Origin: Octopus sinensis
Taxonomy: Eukaryota
Assembly: GCF_006345805.1 (NCBI RefSeq)
Contig: NC_043005.1
Location: 496,001-560,000, forward strand
Length of the DNA: 64,000 nucleotides
Reading direction: 5' to 3'
Shown: positions 10,984 to 27,258 of the stretch, in pieces
Numbering within the stretch: position 1 is the first letter of the stretch
Layout of the letters: each line of letters begins with the position of its first letter
The notes under the pieces: generated by a model
Databases searched by the model: none
What the model was told of the DNA's origin: nothing
What the model saw: the letters and a program-made list of their open reading frames with translations, nothing else
Translations under genes and position numbers: made by a program

Positions 10984-13614
10984 GACGTATGACAAGTGGT
11001 GAAACATCATTTCACTATGGCAATATGAAATGGAAATATTTATCGACTTCCTACACACTCAGTAATAAGACTCATGCTCTCAGGAACGACTCATTGCAAA
11101 CAAACACAGGTGGAGTCACCTGCTCTACCTCACCAATGCCCTAGTCATGGAACAAGTTGTACTCAGACCAACGAGGGAAAATAACATTTTGGATCTCTGC
11201 TTCACAAACAATATAGACATTATTCATGATGTGAAAGTTACGCCGACATTAGTCTCGGATCACAACATAATAGAGCTTTCTATGTTTGGGCCGAAAGAAG
11301 CCAGAGGCATACAGCCAAAAGGAAGCACCCGAAATCTCTCCAATCGGAACTTCCACAAAGTAGACTGGAAACCGATCCAAAAAGAGATCCGCAGACAACT
11401 GTCCGAAATGTCTCTCGGCACCAGACGTTGGCATGAAACTAGAATATTTCATGTCTGTTATGCAAGCCATATGCCAGAAATATGTTCCAGAGCACAAGGC
11501 CACAACAAATAGGAACAAGATTCTAAAGGAGAGGAAGATTCTCATGAGACGACGGACGAAGGTTTCAAATCGCCTCAACCAACATGCCAAAAGTAGTGAA
11601 AGGTCCCGCCTAAAAACAACACTGATGTAGATTGGAAAAAGCTTGAAACAATTTTATGAGAGGGAGAGAATAGACGAAGAAGCCTGGTTTAGTAAAAACA
11701 TTAAGTCAAATCCAAAGGCCTTCTTTCATTACGCCACAGAAACAGCATCAATGCACCGCAAGATAGGATCCCTCTTCCTAAAGGATGGCACCCTCACAGA
11801 AAGCCCAACCAGGATCAGTGAGGTACTGAATGACCAATTCAAAAGTGTCTTTATCACTCCGTTGGAACACAGACAAGTGAATCAACCGGTGGACTTTGTT
11901 TGCCGCCTCACCTATAACCAGCGAGGCAATTACGATGGAATACATCGACATTAGCGAAGATTTACTAACCATAGATGAAGTGGACGCAAACTCAACGGAT
12001 GGTCCTGATGGTTTACCAGCAATCCTCCTCAAATCGTGTAAGCATGCCCTGGCAAAACCCCTCCAGATTTTCTTCCAGAGCTTTCTTGCAAATGGCAGAC
12101 TGCCAAGCAAGCTGAAGGAGGTAATAATATGCCCAGTCAACAAAGGAAGCAGAGCAGATGCCAAAAATTATTGGCATATCTCTCTAACTTCACACATCAG
12201 CAAAGTCATGGAACGGATCGTCAGAGGGAAACCAATTGCATACCTTGAAGAAAATAATTTGTTGAGTGATACCCAGCATGACTTTCGAACAGGTAGGAGC
12301 TGCCTGACCCAGCTCTTACAACATTATGACTTGGTGTCGAGGCAGTTACTCAACAACTCAAATGTGGACGTAACATACCTTGATTTCGCAAAAGCTGTTG
12401 TTTAGGGTATGATATGCCACAAACTGCGATTTCTCGGCGTAGCAGGAAAACTTGCTGTGTGCTTTCATGACTTTCTGAAAGATAGAAGTCAGGAAGTAGT
12501 GGCCAATAGCGCCTCCTCAACGAAAACACAAATAGTGAGCGGTGTTCCACAGGGCACTGTCTTGGCACCGCTGCTTTTCATAGTGGCCCTCTTAGATATG
12601 CCCTCAACTGCCCGGATAGCTACCCTTGCAAGGTACGCAGACGATACGAATGTCTCGTAGAAAATACAGAAGCCCAGCAATGTTGCGCACCTGCAGCAGG
12701 AGATGACCTCAATTTACAGATGGGCTGAGGATAATAATATGCAGTTAAATGCTGAAAAATTCCAAGCCCTGCGCTACCAGCATCCAAAACTGAATATGAA
12801 ACTTACAGGGTACACTGGTCCACAGGGAATTTTAATCCCAGAGCCTAAGTCAATGAAGGACTTGGGTATCGACATGCGTGATGATACCGCTTTTCAAGTG
12901 CACATTACCAGGATGGTGACAAAGTGCAGACAACTGACTCGATGGATCCTGAGAATATTCAGAACGAGCGAGAAGGAAACCATGATGGTCCTCTGGAGGA
13001 CATTCTTCTCCAGCTGCATGGATTCCTGCTTCCAGCTATGGTCACCCAACAGTGTAAAATTAACAGCGGACCTTGAAGCAATCCAGCGAAGCTTCACAAA
13101 GAAGATCGTCTCATTGCAACAGCTCAGCTAATTGGAAAGGCTGCAACAGCTAAGACTCTACTCCCTGAAGCTAAGGTGGGAGAGGTATGCAGTAATATAT
13201 ACATCTGGAAGATCCTGGAAGGAATTGTGCCACATTTTGGCATTGGAAGCTACATCAATGCAAAGAACGGGTCGACACTGTACAGTGCCAAATATCCCAG
13301 CAATGCCATCGAGCTTCAGGACCAGTTACTGCAACAACCTGTGTTTCGGGGGCCCAAATCTTGTTTAATATTCTCCCAAAGAACCTGAGGAATCTGCACA
13401 AAGTAGATGTAGGCGTTTTTCAATCAAAGCTGGACGACTTCCTGTCGAGAGTCCCAGATGAACGTACCTCAAGGCAAGAGGTGCAAATGAGGGTAGCTAT
13501 ATCAAACTCCATTCTAAACCAAGTGGCATATATTAGAGGAGGATCTCAGTAATCAGTGTAGCAAAACAGTGGTGCTCCAACATGGCCACAGCAATGAGCT
13601 GAAATTATAAAAAT
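10984..13614 (+). pseudogene. CR1-group LINE family A, decayed (endonuclease end, RT, 3' tail), copy 1
   Basis: PTRENNILDLCFTN, SDHNII, YLDFAKA, GVPQGTVLAPLLF, YADD fragments with stops and frameshifts shared by the copies. Tail ggtgctccaacatggccacagcaatgagctgaaa. Confidence 0.9.
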
Positions 13615-13655
13615 GTATGTACATATTTTTTATATATATATATGTATGTATGAAA

Positions 13656-13927
13656 GCGCATGGCTCAGTGGTTAGAGCGTCGAGCTTACGAGCGTGAGGT
13701 TGTGAGCTCGAATCCCGGACCGGGCTGCGTGTTGTGTTCTTGAGCAAGGCATTTTATTTCACCTTGCTCCAGTTCACTCAGCTGTAGAAATGAGTTGCAA
13801 CGTCACTGGTGCCAAGCTTTGTCTTTCCCTTGGATAACACTGGTGGCGTGGACTTGTGTCTTGGAGGGTAACATTCTAGGTGCTATCCCATGGTCATTCA
13901 TGACCGAAGGGGGTCTTAACCCCTTTT
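13656..13927 (+). mobile_element. tRNA-derived SINE-b, copy 1 (internal ~60-bp deletion)
   Basis: A-box tggctcagtggttagagc and B-box-like gctcgaatccc followed by a ~270-bp non-tRNA body ending in (TA)n. Confidence 0.85.
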
Positions 13928-13988
13928 ATATACATATATATTCATATATATATATATATATGTATATACATATATATGTATATATATG

Positions 13989-14066
<78 letters not shown>

Positions 14067-14263
14067 ACATAAGGTTAATCCAAACGAGAAAACAGAAAAA
14101 GACAACAACACAAAGAGGTGGAACAATTAAAGTTATATATATATATATATGTATATACATACATACATATATACTTTGATACTTTGATACTTTGTTAGGT
14201 TTCGGCCATTATTGGCCCAGGCCATGTCTAACTTAATAGCACCACCTGGTGAAGTCTTTCAAG

Positions 14264-17200
14264 TCAGAATTTGGGCATTATGGCCCATTCAAGTAGAGAG
14301 TTATTGTTTACAGAGACATATCCGGGTGTAGGGGGCTTATCCGGGATTTCTTGAAGGAATCTGTCCAAAGACCTCTTGAACCCTATAGGGTCAGTTTCTG
14401 TTTCAATGTGTTTTGGTGTAATGTTAAAGAGAGCGGCGCCAATTGAGGTGAAATAATTGTGCCGTATTGTTGTTATGAGATGAGAGTGCGATTTTTGTTT
14501 TGGGCGGATGGCACGGGGCCCAAGCCTTGGATGTACCTTGAAGGTGATGCCAACATCATTTGGGCAATGCTGATGGAATATTTTCCACATCATGCAGATG
14601 ATGTAGCGCTCACGACGACGTTGGAGAGAATAGAGTTTTAGCTTTTCTAGTCGACCCCAATAGTCGAGGCCTGTCATGCCATCTATCTTTTTTGTGATTG
14701 CCCTTTGAGGTGCTTCAACCTTTATGATACCTTGTATTGTGTGGGGAGACCACAGTGAACAACAGTATTCAAGGTGGGGTCGGGCAAAAGTGGAGAAGAG
14801 AAGGATAATGGTGTGGATATCTCTCGACTGGAAAGTTCTGAGAATCCAGGAACACATTCTGCGGGCCATGTCAACTTTGGTGTTTATATGAGTGGACCAG
14901 CTTATGTTGTTGTCCACAATTACTCCCAAGTCTCTGATGTTGTTGGATGCCGCGAGAGTTTCACCTGAAGGAAGGGAGTATGGGAGTTTCAGGGCATCCT
15001 CTTTTCCAAAGTGGATTAACTCAAATTTATCCTCGTTCAGCAGCATATTGTTTTTTTCTGCCCATTGGATAACAGCCAGTAGATCTGACTGAAGGCATGT
15101 CCGGTCACTCGCCTCATTTATGACCTTCTGTAGCTTGGAATCATCTGCAAAGATTTTTATGTTGCTGTGCTTGATGATGTCATTAATGTCATTAATGTAA
15201 ATGATGAAAAGAAGTGGGCCCAGCACAGTGCCTTGCGGAACGCCACTACTGACTTTGGCTGGGCTTGATTTTACCCCTTCAACTACAACATGTTGAGATC
15301 TGTCTGTCAGGAAACACTTGATCCATTTCAGTAACTTTCCAGAGACACCAATGTTGGATAGTTTTTTCAATAGGATCTTGTGATCGACCCTGTCGAAGGC
15401 CTTACTGAAATCAAGGTAGATGACATCGGTGTTGGAGCCCTCTCCCAAAGCTCTCAAAATGTCATCAAAGTGATGCAGGAGCTGCGTTAGGCAGTCCCTT
15501 CCATTACGGAACCCATGTTGGTTGGAGATCAGCCGTCTGTTGCTTTCCAGAAATTGGGTTATTCGAGATCTCACCACCCTCTCAAATACCTTGATGATAT
15601 GAGAGGTGAGTGAGATCGGACGGTAGTTCACTGCAAGGGACTTGTTTCCCTTTTTGAAAACTGGGACAACAGACTGGGACAGAAGGTTTTTTGGAATATA
15701 GCCAGCATCCAGTGAGTTTCTCCACAATTAGCAAGGGGAGATGCAAGTTGGTGTCGACACACCTTCAGGACACAAGCAGGGAACCTATCGGGGCCTACTG
15801 CTGAATTGTGTTTTATTTCGTTTATCGCCGCTAAGACATCAGGGGCACTAAACGTTATGTCCGATATAGTGTGTTGGGGGTTGACATCACTGATACAGCC
15901 CAGATCGGCCATATCAGGATTGCTGAAAACAGAGCAGTATTGTTTCTGCAGTATCTCGGCCATGGATTTGGCATTTACTTGGAGAGTGCCAGTTTCATCA
16001 ATTAGAGGGCCAACAATGGAGACAGTGACCCTGCGTTTCCTCGCAAATGAGAAGAACACTTTGGTGTTTTATTTTGATTTTTTCAATGGCCCACTTCTCC
16101 TCAGCTGATCTTTGGTTATTGATGAGGGTCTTCATGCATTGTTGGAGGTTATATTTTTTGGATTCAAGCAGTGCGATAGCCGTCGAATGTGTGTGTTGCT
16201 GTTGGCAGTACTTTAGTTTGTTAATTTTTTGTTTGTTCTTTTTATTTTTCTGATAATGGTTTTTCTGTTTTGGGGGATTCTGCACTTTTTGTTCACAGGT
16301 CTTGGTGGGGAGTGTTTTGCACATATGTCTGTGACGGTGTCTACAAAGATCTGCCAAGATGTTTTATGGTTGGTGGAGATGTGTGTATGTGTAAAGGACC
16401 AGTCAACATGTGATAGCTCGTTCCTGATTGCATCCCAGTTGGCATTATGGAGATCCATGTTGTCAAATGTGTGGGCTGGAGGGAGGTCACTAGGATTAGC
16501 TTTCGGCTGGTGGAATTTCATGTTACAGAGAACCATGTCATGGTCTGAAAGAAGGGTTTTTTTCCACTGTAACGTTATGTATAGTGTTAGTGTGGTTACT
16601 AAACACTAGGTCCAAAATGTTCTGATGTCTTGTTGGTGCAAGGACAAGTTGGGACAAGAAAAACTCATTCGTAAAGTCGAAAAGTGACTCTGCTGCTTCT
16701 TTGTCAGCGGTTGAGGCGGGAGTGCTTGGTTTCAAACAGTTTGTAGTCCAGTCAACACAGGGTAGATTGAAGTCTCCCATCATGAGTAGGTTGCTAGAAT
16801 GGCACTGTTGAATAAAGCACTTAATGCTGTTGAGGCATTCTTTAAAGCACAGTATGGGTTTTTGGGGCGGCCTATAGAACCCAATTACTGTCAGGTCATT
16901 GGCTTTGTTGTGCACGGTGACTGATTCACAGTAGCCGTTGGAGAATATACTATTTCCATCTGCCGTAAACGAGTCATGCAGGAAAATGGCAGTTCCACCC
17001 TTCCTCCTGCCGATACGATCCGCGCGGATGGTTGTGAAATTCTTCACTCTCACTTCGGCTTCCAAGTGGGAGTTGTCAAGGTGGGTCTCAGTGAGAATGA
17101 AGAAAGGGATGTGGTGTGGATGGTTACCAACCCAGTCTTCAATGAATTGGACCTTCCATTTTTGTGCATTGATGGAAGGGCTGACACCTTGTGCATTGAG

Positions 17201-17299
17201 TAGAAATGTGGAAGTTAGTGTAGTGGCTGGTTTTGACTGTTGCAGGGGGCTTGGATTTTTTGTGTGTGTTAGTGGCAGCAATGTGGGGAATTGGTGCAC
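14264..17299 (-). pseudogene. LINE B ORF2 (APE endonuclease plus RT), broken by several frameshifts
   Basis: LTETHL, MGDFNLP, PTR..NILDLV in 16538-17299; NYRPISLTS, YLDFSKAFDRV, GVPQGTVLGP, FADD in 14264-15727. Confidence 0.9.
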
Positions 17300-18171
17300 T
17301 GGGGTAATAGCATAGGATGGTGTTGAGTGATGGCTAGAATATTTTTGTGTATCTCTTTTGCCATGTTCAACATGGCTAAAAAAGAATTTTCCTGCTTAGG
17401 GAGAAGTTTTTGGCTGGGGGTGTGGTTGCACTGTTGAATGGGGTTGTAGTTTCCACTTTTGTTGTTGTTGTTTTTGTGTCTTCCTGAAAAGACTGGACCA
17501 GGATTACTGCAGCATGGTGTGTTTCTATTTTTATTTTTATTCAGGTTTGTGTGTTGGCTTGAAGCCCCGTTTCTGTTTGTGCGTCGGGTCCCTGGAAGAT
17601 GAGTGAAGGGACAGTCACTCAGCAGACATGTTCTCTCACGTTGGGAATACCGGCAGATTTTGGGACTACGAGTCGTGTGTGTTTTGAATTTCGATTTACT
17701 ATTTGGTGGTGTTGATGTTATTGTGGGATGCGTGCTTTGGCCTTGACCGGTAGTGCGTCTAGTGCCGGGTAGATGCGTGAAGATGCAGTCACTATTTGTG
17801 CAGAGTCTCTGGCGCAGTGAATAGCGGCATATTTTGGGGTTTCTTGTTTGTGCCGTGGGGGGCGCATTCTGCTTCCTATGTTTCTTTAAGTTTTTGTTAC
17901 TGCAGTAGTATTGAGGTGGTGATGTGGGGAAAGAGAGCAGTGGTTTCATATTTGTTTTTTTGTTGGTATTTTTGGTGATAGAAGACGATAGTGGCAGCGG
18001 TGGTGATGATGATGATGATAATTGTGGTGGTTGCCGTGAGAGCGGTGAAAAGATACTGGCATTTAGTGAATCATCTAGTATGCTAGAGTTGAGGAGTGGC
18101 TGTTGTTGTTCTTGTTGCTGTGGCTGTTGTTGTTGTTGTTGTTGTGCTTGACCGATGTTAGGGTCAGCCAT
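17269..18171 (-). CDS. LINE B ORF1, C-terminal part: poly-Q, low complexity, two CCCH zinc fingers
   Basis: CRYSLRQRLCTNSDCIFTH and CRYSQRERTCLLSDCPFTH (C-x8-C-x4-C-x3-H), each followed by LPGTRRT. Confidence 0.8.
   Translation of the reverse strand: MADPNIGQAQQQQQQQPQQQEQQQPLLNSSILDDSLNASIFSPLSRQPPQLSSSSSPPLPLSSSITKNTNKKTNMKPLLSFPTSPPQYYCSNKNLKKHRKQNAPPTAQTRNPKICRYSLRQRLCTNSDCIFTHLPGTRRTTGQGQSTHPTITSTPPNSKSKFKTHTTRSPKICRYSQRERTCLLSDCPFTHLPGTRRTNRNGASSQHTNLNKNKNRNTPCCSNPGPVFSGRHKNNNNKSGNYNPIQQCNHTPSQKLLPKQENSFLAMLNMAKEIHKNILAITQHHPMLLPQCTNSPHCCH
17354..17385 (-). promoter_or_regulatory. Candidate -1 ribosomal frameshift signal (T TTT TTA at 17383-17377) with hairpin
   Basis: ORF1 codons TCT TTT TTA. 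The -1 frame is the ORF2 frame, opens after TAA at 17398-17396 and has no ATG before the endonuclease. Hairpin TCTTTT..GCCATG-TTGAA-CATGGC-AAAAGA. Confidence 0.65.
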
Positions 18172-18193
18172 TGTGCTGGGAACCAGGAGTGGT

Positions 18194-18505
18194 TCATTCT
18201 GTTGTTGTTGTTGTTGTTGTGTGCTGCTGATTTTCTAGCTGTTGCTGTTCTTGAACAGTGAAAATATAAAGAAGCTTTTCAAAATGGCCTTTTGTCAGTT
18301 TGAAAGATACTTCGATATGTTTCAGCTTGCTACGAATCTGTTTGACGGATCGTGTGTTGACCACTTGTGATGTTTTTTCGGCAATCTCATTCAAACACAA
18401 AACATTTAAATTTTCTGTTTGGGAAAGAGAGAACCATGTGTTTATTAAAACATCAATTTCATTATCAGACCAATTTCGTCTGTTGCAGGCCTGCAAGCTA
18501 GTCAT
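18194..18505 (-). CDS. LINE B ORF1, N-terminal part: Myb/SANT-like (trihelix-type) domain
   Basis: RRNWSDNEIDVLINTW...EIAEK...TRSVKQIRSKLK fits W-x3-E-x3-L-I-x2-W ... R-[ST]-x2-Q-x3-K. Confidence 0.65.
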   Translation of the reverse strand: MTSLQACNRRNWSDNEIDVLINTWFSLSQTENLNVLCLNEIAEKTSQVVNTRSVKQIRSKLKHIEVSFKLTKGHFEKLLYIFTVQEQQQLENQQHTTTTTTTE

Positions 18506-18840
18506 GTTTGTTTTTCTTTTGATTTTTGATATATATATATATTCTTTCTTGGGAGTTAAAGAAGTGTATCAATATATAAATGTTCTCTCTTAAGGGTGTG
18601 AGTTTTGATTATTTGGTTGTTTGAGGATATTAAAAAAAAACAAGTGTATATAACAATTTGTAGTTAAATAAAAACGTACTTACGGGTTTGTAGGCAAACA
18701 CGTGATTACAAATATATATATATTTAAGGTCAGTTAAGTTTTGAAGCTGTGTAGCTTGCTACTGACTTGGGAGAGAAACAAATAGACGTCCATCCAGTTC
18801 AACAGAGGCACTACATATATATGTATATATATATATGTAT

Positions 18841-24851
<6,011 letters not shown>

Positions 24852-24905
24852 TAATCAAACGATAAAAGAACAACGAAAGATAACAAAAACAAAAGTGGAT
24901 ACATA

Positions 24906-24960
<55 letters not shown>

Positions 24961-25394
24961 TATAATACATATATATATATATGTATATACATACATATAT
25001 ATATGATATATATATACATATGTGATAAAAAAAACAAGACGGTTTGCATGATTCGACGAATTAATAGGCGAAAACTCATAAAAAACGTAGAAATTGTTAC
25101 CTTATAGACGTGTACTTGGATATTTTGGTTAAAAACCGCAATATATTCTGCTACAAGTCAAGTTTGTACACTTGAGTTCAACAACGCACGCCAGATTTTC
25201 CTCTTTCGAAATTAGCACGTGGTGAAATCTTCAAAATTTATTTCCAGTCGACTCTAACAGCAAAAAAGAACCGTTTTTCTTTTCTTTCATTGAAAAACCT
25301 ATTCGTATACCTTCTATAAGATAAATACCCTTATTACATTAATTAATTTACCCGTAAATAAACGTAAGGTCTGTTTACATTCTGTAAAAATCAA

Positions 25395-25712
25395 TCTATC
25401 GTTAATATACATATATATATATCGTCAATTCTATCGTTAATATATACATATATATATATCGTTTATTTCTATCGTTAATTCTGTAATTCTATCGTAATAA
25501 TCTATCGTTAATAAATATATATATATATATATATCGTAAATTCTATCGTTGATTCTGTAATTCTATCGTAGTAATCTATCGTTAATATATATATATATAT
25601 ATCGTTAATTCTATCGTTAATTCTGTAATTCTATCGTAATAATCTATCGTTAATATATATATATCGTTTATTTCTATCGTTAATTCTGTAATTCTATCGT
25701 AATAATCTATCG

Positions 25713-25743
<31 letters not shown>

Positions 25744-25789
25744 CGTAAATTCTATCGTTATTCTGTAATTCTATCGTAATAATCTATCG

Positions 25790-25874
<85 letters not shown>

Positions 25875-26035
25875 GTTAATTCTATCGTTAATTCTGTATT
25901 CTATCGTAATATCTATATATATATATATATCGTAATTCTATCGTTAATTCTGTAATTCTATCGTAGTAATCTATCGTTAATATATATATATATATCGTTA
26001 ATTCTCTCGTTAATTCTGTTTACATTCTGTTAATT
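25395..26035. repeat. Complex minisatellite of TTCTATCGT(T/A)A and TTCTGTAA modules interleaved with (TA)n
   Basis: About ten units of taattctatcgttaattctgtaattctatcgtaataatctatcgttaa+(ta)n; repeated at ~43285-43865. Confidence 0.9.
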
Positions 26036-26369
26036 CCTTCTCTCTCTGTCTCTTCAGTTCTCTCCCTCACGCCTCTCCTTGTCTCTTCATTACTCTCTTC
26101 TTTCTTACTCTCCTCTTTCAGCTCTCAATCTCTCCTCTCTTCTTTCAGCTCTCAATCTCTCTTTAAGTACAGAGACGCTTTCTCTCTCTCCCTTCAGCTC
26201 TCAGTCTCTCCTCTTCCTCTTCTCTCTTACTCTCTTCTTTCGGCTCCCAATCTCTCCTTAAGTACATAGACGCTCTCTTTCTCTATTTCTTCCCTACACC
26301 CTATTGCACTATTAGATCAATATAAATTAATATAATCAGATAGATAGATAGATAGATAAAATATCAAGA

Positions 26370-26828
26370 ATGTCCAGGACTTGGAAAAGTGACGAACTGG
26401 CTTTGTTCCTGAGAGGATGGCAATGCACTGACGGAGAAAATCCAAATAACATAATCACGGCTGCGCTGAAGAGCAGCGGATACAAAAGGACGTCAGCCCA
26501 AATAGAGCGAAAGAAGCAAGAATTTATACGCTCCTACGCACTTGTCAGATCGCACATTAACACGCTGGATGCCATCTTCGACAGCGAAAAACGCGAACAA
26601 AGTAAAGATGGCAAGGATGGAGACGCGGGCGCTGATGAAAAAGGTCACCCCCACCTGGTAGACGCCCAGGAAGAAAACTCCAGTGAGAAACCTGCCCGGG
26701 AGGTAAACCCAAGTGCGGGTGCTCCTACCGGCACCAAAAGCCATGGACATGGAGATGAAAGAACCAAAAAAGGAGGAAAAACTAAAACTAAAAATCAGGC
26801 AAAACCAAAAAAAAACAGCCAAGGATAG
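26370..26828 (+). CDS. LINE C ORF1, N-terminal part: Myb/SANT-like (trihelix-type) domain plus charged linker
   Basis: RTWKSDELALFLRGW...IITAALKSSGYKRTSAQIERKKQEFIRSY. Confidence 0.7.
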   Translation: MSRTWKSDELALFLRGWQCTDGENPNNIITAALKSSGYKRTSAQIERKKQEFIRSYALVRSHINTLDAIFDSEKREQSKDGKDGDAGADEKGHPHLVDAQEENSSEKPAREVNPSAGAPTGTKSHGHGDERTKKGGKTKTKNQAKPKKNSQG

Positions 26829-27258
26829 AAGCAAACCTAACTATCCGTATGCCAAAAAGGATGGAAACAAGCAGCGCACAAGGGTATGTAGGTTCTACCT
26901 GAGAGGTGCCTGCCGGCATGGAGAGGATGGTGCAGGCTGCCGTTTTGCTCATCCGGGACCCTGCCGCAGAAACCAACCACCGAAAGGAAAAGGGATGGAC
27001 CACGCACCACCTGCCCCAAAACGGAGGTACGCAGATGTGGTGCGGGCCACAGACCGCCAACCTGTTGTTGAAAGGGCAGCTGCTGAACAAGAATCTTTTT
27101 TGTGCATGGCACAAAAGATTGTACAGCAGCTAACCTGGCTCAATCAAACTCAAGCTCACAGATGGAACTACCCACAGTTCACAAGACCGCCACAGCAGAT
27201 GGACCCAGGGTGGACACCACCGGCAACACCATACACCTCACCTCGATGCTCCTACTGA
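26713..27258 (+). CDS. LINE C ORF1, C-terminal part with CCCH zinc finger
   Basis: CRFYLRGACRHGEDGAGCRFAH (C-x7-C-x8-C-x3-H); overlaps the ORF2 frame by ~160 nt. Confidence 0.75.
   Translation: MRVLLPAPKAMDMEMKEPKKEEKLKLKIRQNQKKTAKDRSKPNYPYAKKDGNKQRTRVCRFYLRGACRHGEDGAGCRFAHPGPCRRNQPPKGKGMDHAPPAPKRRYADVVRATDRQPVVERAAAEQESFLCMAQKIVQQLTWLNQTQAHRWNYPQFTRPPQQMDPGWTPPATPYTSPRCSY
27094..27118 (+). promoter_or_regulatory. Candidate -1 ribosomal frameshift signal (T TTT TTG at 27096-27102) with hairpin
   Basis: ORF1 codons TCT TTT TTG. The -1 frame is the ORF2 frame and opens after TGA at 27084-27086. Hairpin TCTTTT(TT)GTGC-ATG-GCAC-AAAAGA. Same site at 44916-44922. Confidence 0.6.

Larger units (their letters stand above)
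14172..18810 (-). mobile_element. CR1-group LINE family B, apparently full-length (5' end approximate)
   Basis: 5'UTR, Myb-like ORF, CCCH ORF, frameshifted ORF2 (endonuclease and RT), 3' hairpin and (AAAGTATC)n tail. Confidence 0.9.

Noticed and set aside
13656-13730. tRNA gene-like sequence (also ~24462, 35324, 42251, 61208)
   Set aside because: A and B boxes are present but there is no acceptor-stem pairing or clean anticodon arm, and the sequence continues into a repeated body: SINE heads, not tRNA genes.
25395-26035. CRISPR-like repeat-spacer appearance
   Set aside because: The spacers are only variable (TA)n, the context is eukaryotic and there are no cas genes.
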